Shown piece by piece: positions 59,601 to 64,000 of a DNA stretch of 64,000 nt. Numbering within the stretch: the first letter of the stretch is position 1; each line of letters begins with the position of its first letter. The DNA comes from Balanoglossus misakiensis. Taxonomy: Eukaryota > Animalia > Hemichordata. The stretch lies in contig CM082584.2 in the NCBI GenBank assembly GCA_040954595.2, positions 12,492,875 to 12,556,874 of the forward strand, written 5' to 3'. The position numbers were made by a program, and so were the translations under genes. The notes beneath the pieces were generated by a model. That model did not search any database. It saw only the letters and a program-made list of their open reading frames with translations, and was not told where the DNA came from.

Positions 59601-62600
59601 TTCAAAAAATGACCAAATTTTCAAAATTCGCAAAGTCCGAAAATCTTCGATTTTGACGATTTTCCTGAGCTATAACCCATGGTTTTTTCAAAAAATGACC
59701 AAATTTTCAAAATTCGCAAAGTCCGAAAATCTTCGATTTTTGACGATTTTCCTGAGCTATAACCCATGGTTTTTTCAAAAAATGACCAAATTTTCAAAAT
59801 TCGCAAAGTCCGAAAATCTTCGATTTTTGACGATTTTCCTGAGCTATAACCCATGGTTTTTTCAAAAAATGACCAAATTTTCAAAATTCGCAAAGTCGAC
59901 AAATCTTCGATTTTTGACGATTTTCCTGAGCTATAACCCATGGTTTTTTCAAAAAATGACCAAATTTTCAAAATTCGCAAAGTCCGACAAATCTTCGATT
60001 TTTGACGATTTTCCTGAGCTATAACCCATGGTTTTTTCAAAAAATGACCAAATTTTCAAAATTCGCAAAGTCCGAAAATCTTCGATTTTTGACGATTTTC
60101 CTGAGCTATAACCCATGGTTTTTTCAAAAAATGACCAAATTTTCAAAATTCGCAAAGTCCGAAAATCTTCGAATTTTGACGATTTTCCTGAGCTATAACC
60201 CATGGTTTTTTCAAAAAATGACCAAATTTTCAAAATTCGCAAAGTCCGAAAATCTTCGATTTTTGACGATTTTCCTGAGCTATAACCCATGGTTTTTTCA
60301 AAAAATGACCAAATTTTCAAAATTCGCAAAGTCCGAAAATCTTCGATTTTTGACGATTTTCCTGAGCTATAACCCATGGTTTTTTCAAAAAATGACCAAA
60401 TTTTCAAAATTCGCAAAGTCCGAAAATCTTCGATTTTTGACGATTTTCCTGAGCTATAACCCATGGTTTTTTCAAAAAATGACCAAATTTTCAAAATTCG
60501 CAAAGTCCGAAAATCTTCGATTTTTGACGATTTTCCTGAGCTATAACCCATGGTTTTTTCAAAAAATGACCAAATTTTCAAAATTCGCAAAGTCCGAAAA
60601 TCTTCGATTTTTGACGATTTTCCTGAGCTATAACCCATGGTTTTTTCAAAAAATGACCAAATTTTCAAAATTCGCAAAGTCCGAAAATCTTCGATTTTTG
60701 ACGATTTTCCTGAGCTATAACCCATGGTTTTTTCAAAAAATGACCAAATTTTCAAAATTCGCAAAGTCCGAAAATCTTCGATTTTTGACGATTTTCCTGA
60801 GCTATAACCCATGGTTTTTTCAAAAAATGACCAAATTTTCAAAATTCGCAAAGTCCGAAAATCTTCGATTTTTGACGATTTTCCTGAGCTATAACCCATG
60901 GTTTTTTCAAAAAATGACCAAATTTCAAAATTCGCAAAGTCCGAAAATCTTCGATTTTTGACGATTTTCCTGAGCTATAACCCATGGTTTTTTCAAAAAA
61001 TGACCAAATTTTCAAAATTCGCAAAGTCCGAAAATCTTCGATTTTTGACGATTTTCCTGAGCTATAACCCATGGTTTTTTCAAAAAATGACCAAATTTTC
61101 AAAATTCGCAAAGTCCGAAAATCTTCGATTTTTGACGATTTTCCTGAGCTATAACCCATGGTTTTTTCAAAAAATGACCAAATTTTCAAAATTCGCAAAG
61201 TCCGAAAATCTTCGAATTTTGACGATTTTCCTGAGCTATAACCCATGGTTTTTTTCAAAAAATGACCAAATTTTCAAAATTCGCAAAGTCCGAAAATCTT
61301 CGATTTTGACGATTTTCCTGAGCTATAACCCATGGTTTTTTTCAAAAAATGACCAAATTTCAAAATTCGCAAAGTCCGAAAATCTTCGAATTTTGACGAG
61401 TTTTCCTGAGCTATAACCCATGGTTTTTTTCAAAAAATTGGGGCCAAAATTTTCAAATTCCCGCCAAAGGTCCGAAAATCTTCGAATTTTGACTTTTCCT
61501 GAGCTATAACCCATGGTTTTTTCAAAAAATGACCAAATTTTCAAAATTCGCAAAGTCCGAAAATCTTCGAATTTTGACGATTTTCCTGAGCTATAACCCA
61601 TGGTTTTTTCAAAAAATGACCAAATTTTCAAAATTCGCAAAGTCCGAAAATCTTCGATTTTTGAAGATTTTCCTGAGCTATAACCCATGGTTTTTTCAAA
61701 AAATGACCAAATTTTCAAAATTCGCAAAGTCCGAAAATCTTCGATTTTTGACGATTTTCCTGAGCTATAACCCATGGTTTTTTCAAAAAATGACCAAATT
61801 TTCAAAATTCGCAAAGTCCGAAAATCTTCGATTTTTGACGATTTTCCTGAGCTATAACCCATGTTTTTTTCAAAAAATGACCAAATTTTCAAAATTCGCA
61901 AAGTCCGAAAATCTTCGATTTTTGACGATTTTCCTGAGCTATAACCCATGGTTTTTTCAAAAAATGACCAAATTTTCAAAATTCGCAAAGTCCGAAAATC
62001 TTCGAATTTTGACGATTTTCCTGAGCTATAACCCATGGTTTTTTCAAAAAATGACCGAATTTTCAAAATTCGCAAAGTCCGAAAATCTTCGAATTTTGAC
62101 GATTTTCCTGAGCTATAACCCATGGTTTTTTCAAAAAATGACCAAATTTTCAAAATTCGCAAAGTCCGAAAATCTTCGAATTTTGACGATTTTCCTGAGC
62201 TATAACCCATGGTTTTTTCAAAAAATGACCAAATTTTCAAAATTCGCAAAGTCCGAAAATCTTCGAATTATGACGATTTTCCTGAGCTATAACCCATGGT
62301 TTTTTTCAAAAAATGACCAAATTTTCAAAATTCGCAAAGTCCGAAAATCTTCGAATTTTGACGATTTTCCTGAGCTATAACCCATGGTTTTTTCAAAAAA
62401 TGACCAAATTTTCAAATTCGCAAAGTCCGAAAATCTTCGAATTTTGACGATTTTCCTGAGCTATAACCCATGGTTTTTTTCAAAAAATGACCAAATTTTC
62501 AAATTCGCAAAGTCCGAAAATCTTCGAATTTTGACGATTTTCCTGAGCTATAACCCATGGTTTTTTCAAAAAATGACCAAATTTTCAAAATTCGCAAAGT

Positions 62601-64000
62601 CCGAAAATCTTCGAATTTTGACGATTTTCCTGAGCTATAACCCATGGTTTTTTTCAAAAAATGACCAAATTTTCAAAATTCGCAAAGTCCGAAAATCTTC
62701 GATTTTTGACGATTTTCCTGAGCTATAACCCATGGTTTTTTCAAAAAATGACCAAATTTTCAAAATTCGCAAAGTCCGAAAATCTTCGATTTTTGACGAT
62801 TTTCCTGAGCTATAACCCATGGTTTTTTCAAAAAATGACCAAATTTTCAAAATTCGCAAAGTCCGAAAATCTTCGATTTTTGACGATTTTCCTGAGCTAT
62901 AACCCATGTTTTTTTCAAAAAATGACCAAATTTTCAAAATTCGCAAAGTCCGAAAATCTTCGATTTTTGATGATTTTCCTGAGCTATAACCCATGGTTTT
63001 TTTCAAAAAATGACCAAATTTTCAAAATTCGCAAAGTCCGAAAATCTTCGAATTTTGACGATTTTCCTGAGCTATAACCCATGGTTTTTTCAAAAAATGA
63101 CCGAATTTTCAAAATTCGCAAAGTCCGAAAATCTTCGAATTTTGACGATTTTCCTGAGCTATAACCCATGGTTTTTTCAAAAAATGACCAAATTTTCAAA
63201 ATTCGCAAAGTCCGAAAATCTTCGAATTTTGACGATTTTCCTGAGCTATAACCCATGGTTTTTTCAAAAAATGACCAAATTTTCAAAATTCGCAAAGTCC
63301 GAAAATCTTCGAATTTTGACGATTTTCCTGAGCTATAACCCATGGTTTTTTTCAAAAAATGACCAAATTTTCAAAATTCGCAAAGTCCGAAAATCTTCGA
63401 TTTTTGACGATTTTCCTGAGCTATAACCCATGGTTTTTTCAAAAAATGACCAAATTTTCAAAATTCGCAAAGTCCGAAAATCTTCGATTTTTGACGATTT
63501 TCCTGAGTTATAACCCATGGTTTTTTCAAAAAATGACCAAATTTTCAAAATTCGCAAAGTCCGAAAATCTTCGATTTTTGACGATTTTCCTGAGCTATAA
63601 CCCATGGTTTTTTCAAAAAATGACCAAATTTTCAAAATTCGCAAATTCCGAAAATCTTCGATTTTTGACGATTTTCCTGAGCTATAACCCATGGTTTTTT
63701 TCAAAAAATGACCAAATTTTCAAAATTCGCAAAGTCCGAAAATCTTCGATTTTTGACGATTTTCCTGAGCTATAACCCATGGTTTTTTCAAAAAATGACC
63801 AAATTTTCAAAATTCGCAAAGTCCGAAAATCTTCGATTTTTGACGATTTTCCTGAGCTATAACCCATGGTTTTTTCAAAAAATGACCAAATTTTCAAAAT
63901 TCGCAAAGTCCGAAAATCTTCGAATTTTGACGATTTTCCTGAGCTATAACCCATGGTTTTTTCAAAAAATGACCAAATTTTCAAAATTCGCAAAGTCCGA
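47643..64000. repeat. 87-bp AT-rich tandem satellite array (~188 monomers, runs off the window end)
   Basis: Consensus GAGCTATAACCCATGGTTTTTTCAAAAAATGACCAAATTTTCAAAATTCGCAAAGTCCGAAAATCTTCGATTTTTGACGATTTTCCT; very homogeneous with a few recurring variants. Confidence 0.99.

Noticed and set aside
61260-61500. Highly divergent satellite monomers as a biological insertion
   Set aside because: Scattered homopolymer indels look like low-coverage read error.
47843-63993. Long ORFs (up to 602 aa) on both strands as protein-coding genes
   Set aside because: They are translations of the 87-bp satellite, broken by recurrent frameshifts, with no unique domains or splice structure.
47643-64000. CRISPR array
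   Set aside because: No unique spacers, no cas genes, eukaryotic context.

Overview
Intron-rich animal genomic DNA, most likely from an invertebrate deuterostome (hemichordate, amphioxus or echinoderm; this is inferred from gene content). The first ~43 kb is gene-dense. It holds the 3' end of a SYDE/syd-1 RhoGAP (+), FANCC (-) head-to-head with a complete brahma/SMARCA2-4 gene (+), and an intronless melatonin-receptor-like GPCR (+). It also holds NAGLU (-) head-to-head with SSUH2 (+), and one SSUH2 intron carries a ~3.8-kb TIR/TA-TSD non-autonomous DNA transposon. From ~47.64 kb to the window end is an 87-bp satellite (~188 monomers) with higher-order repeats, phased A/T tracts and CpGs, and internal palindromes; all long ORFs there are repeat artefacts. 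The strongest new observation is a pair of intact, equal-length (160-nt), frame-incompatible duplicated exons in NAGLU, i.e. candidate mutually exclusive exons giving two enzyme isoforms. Gene calls come from manual translation and recalled homologue sequences, not from database searches.
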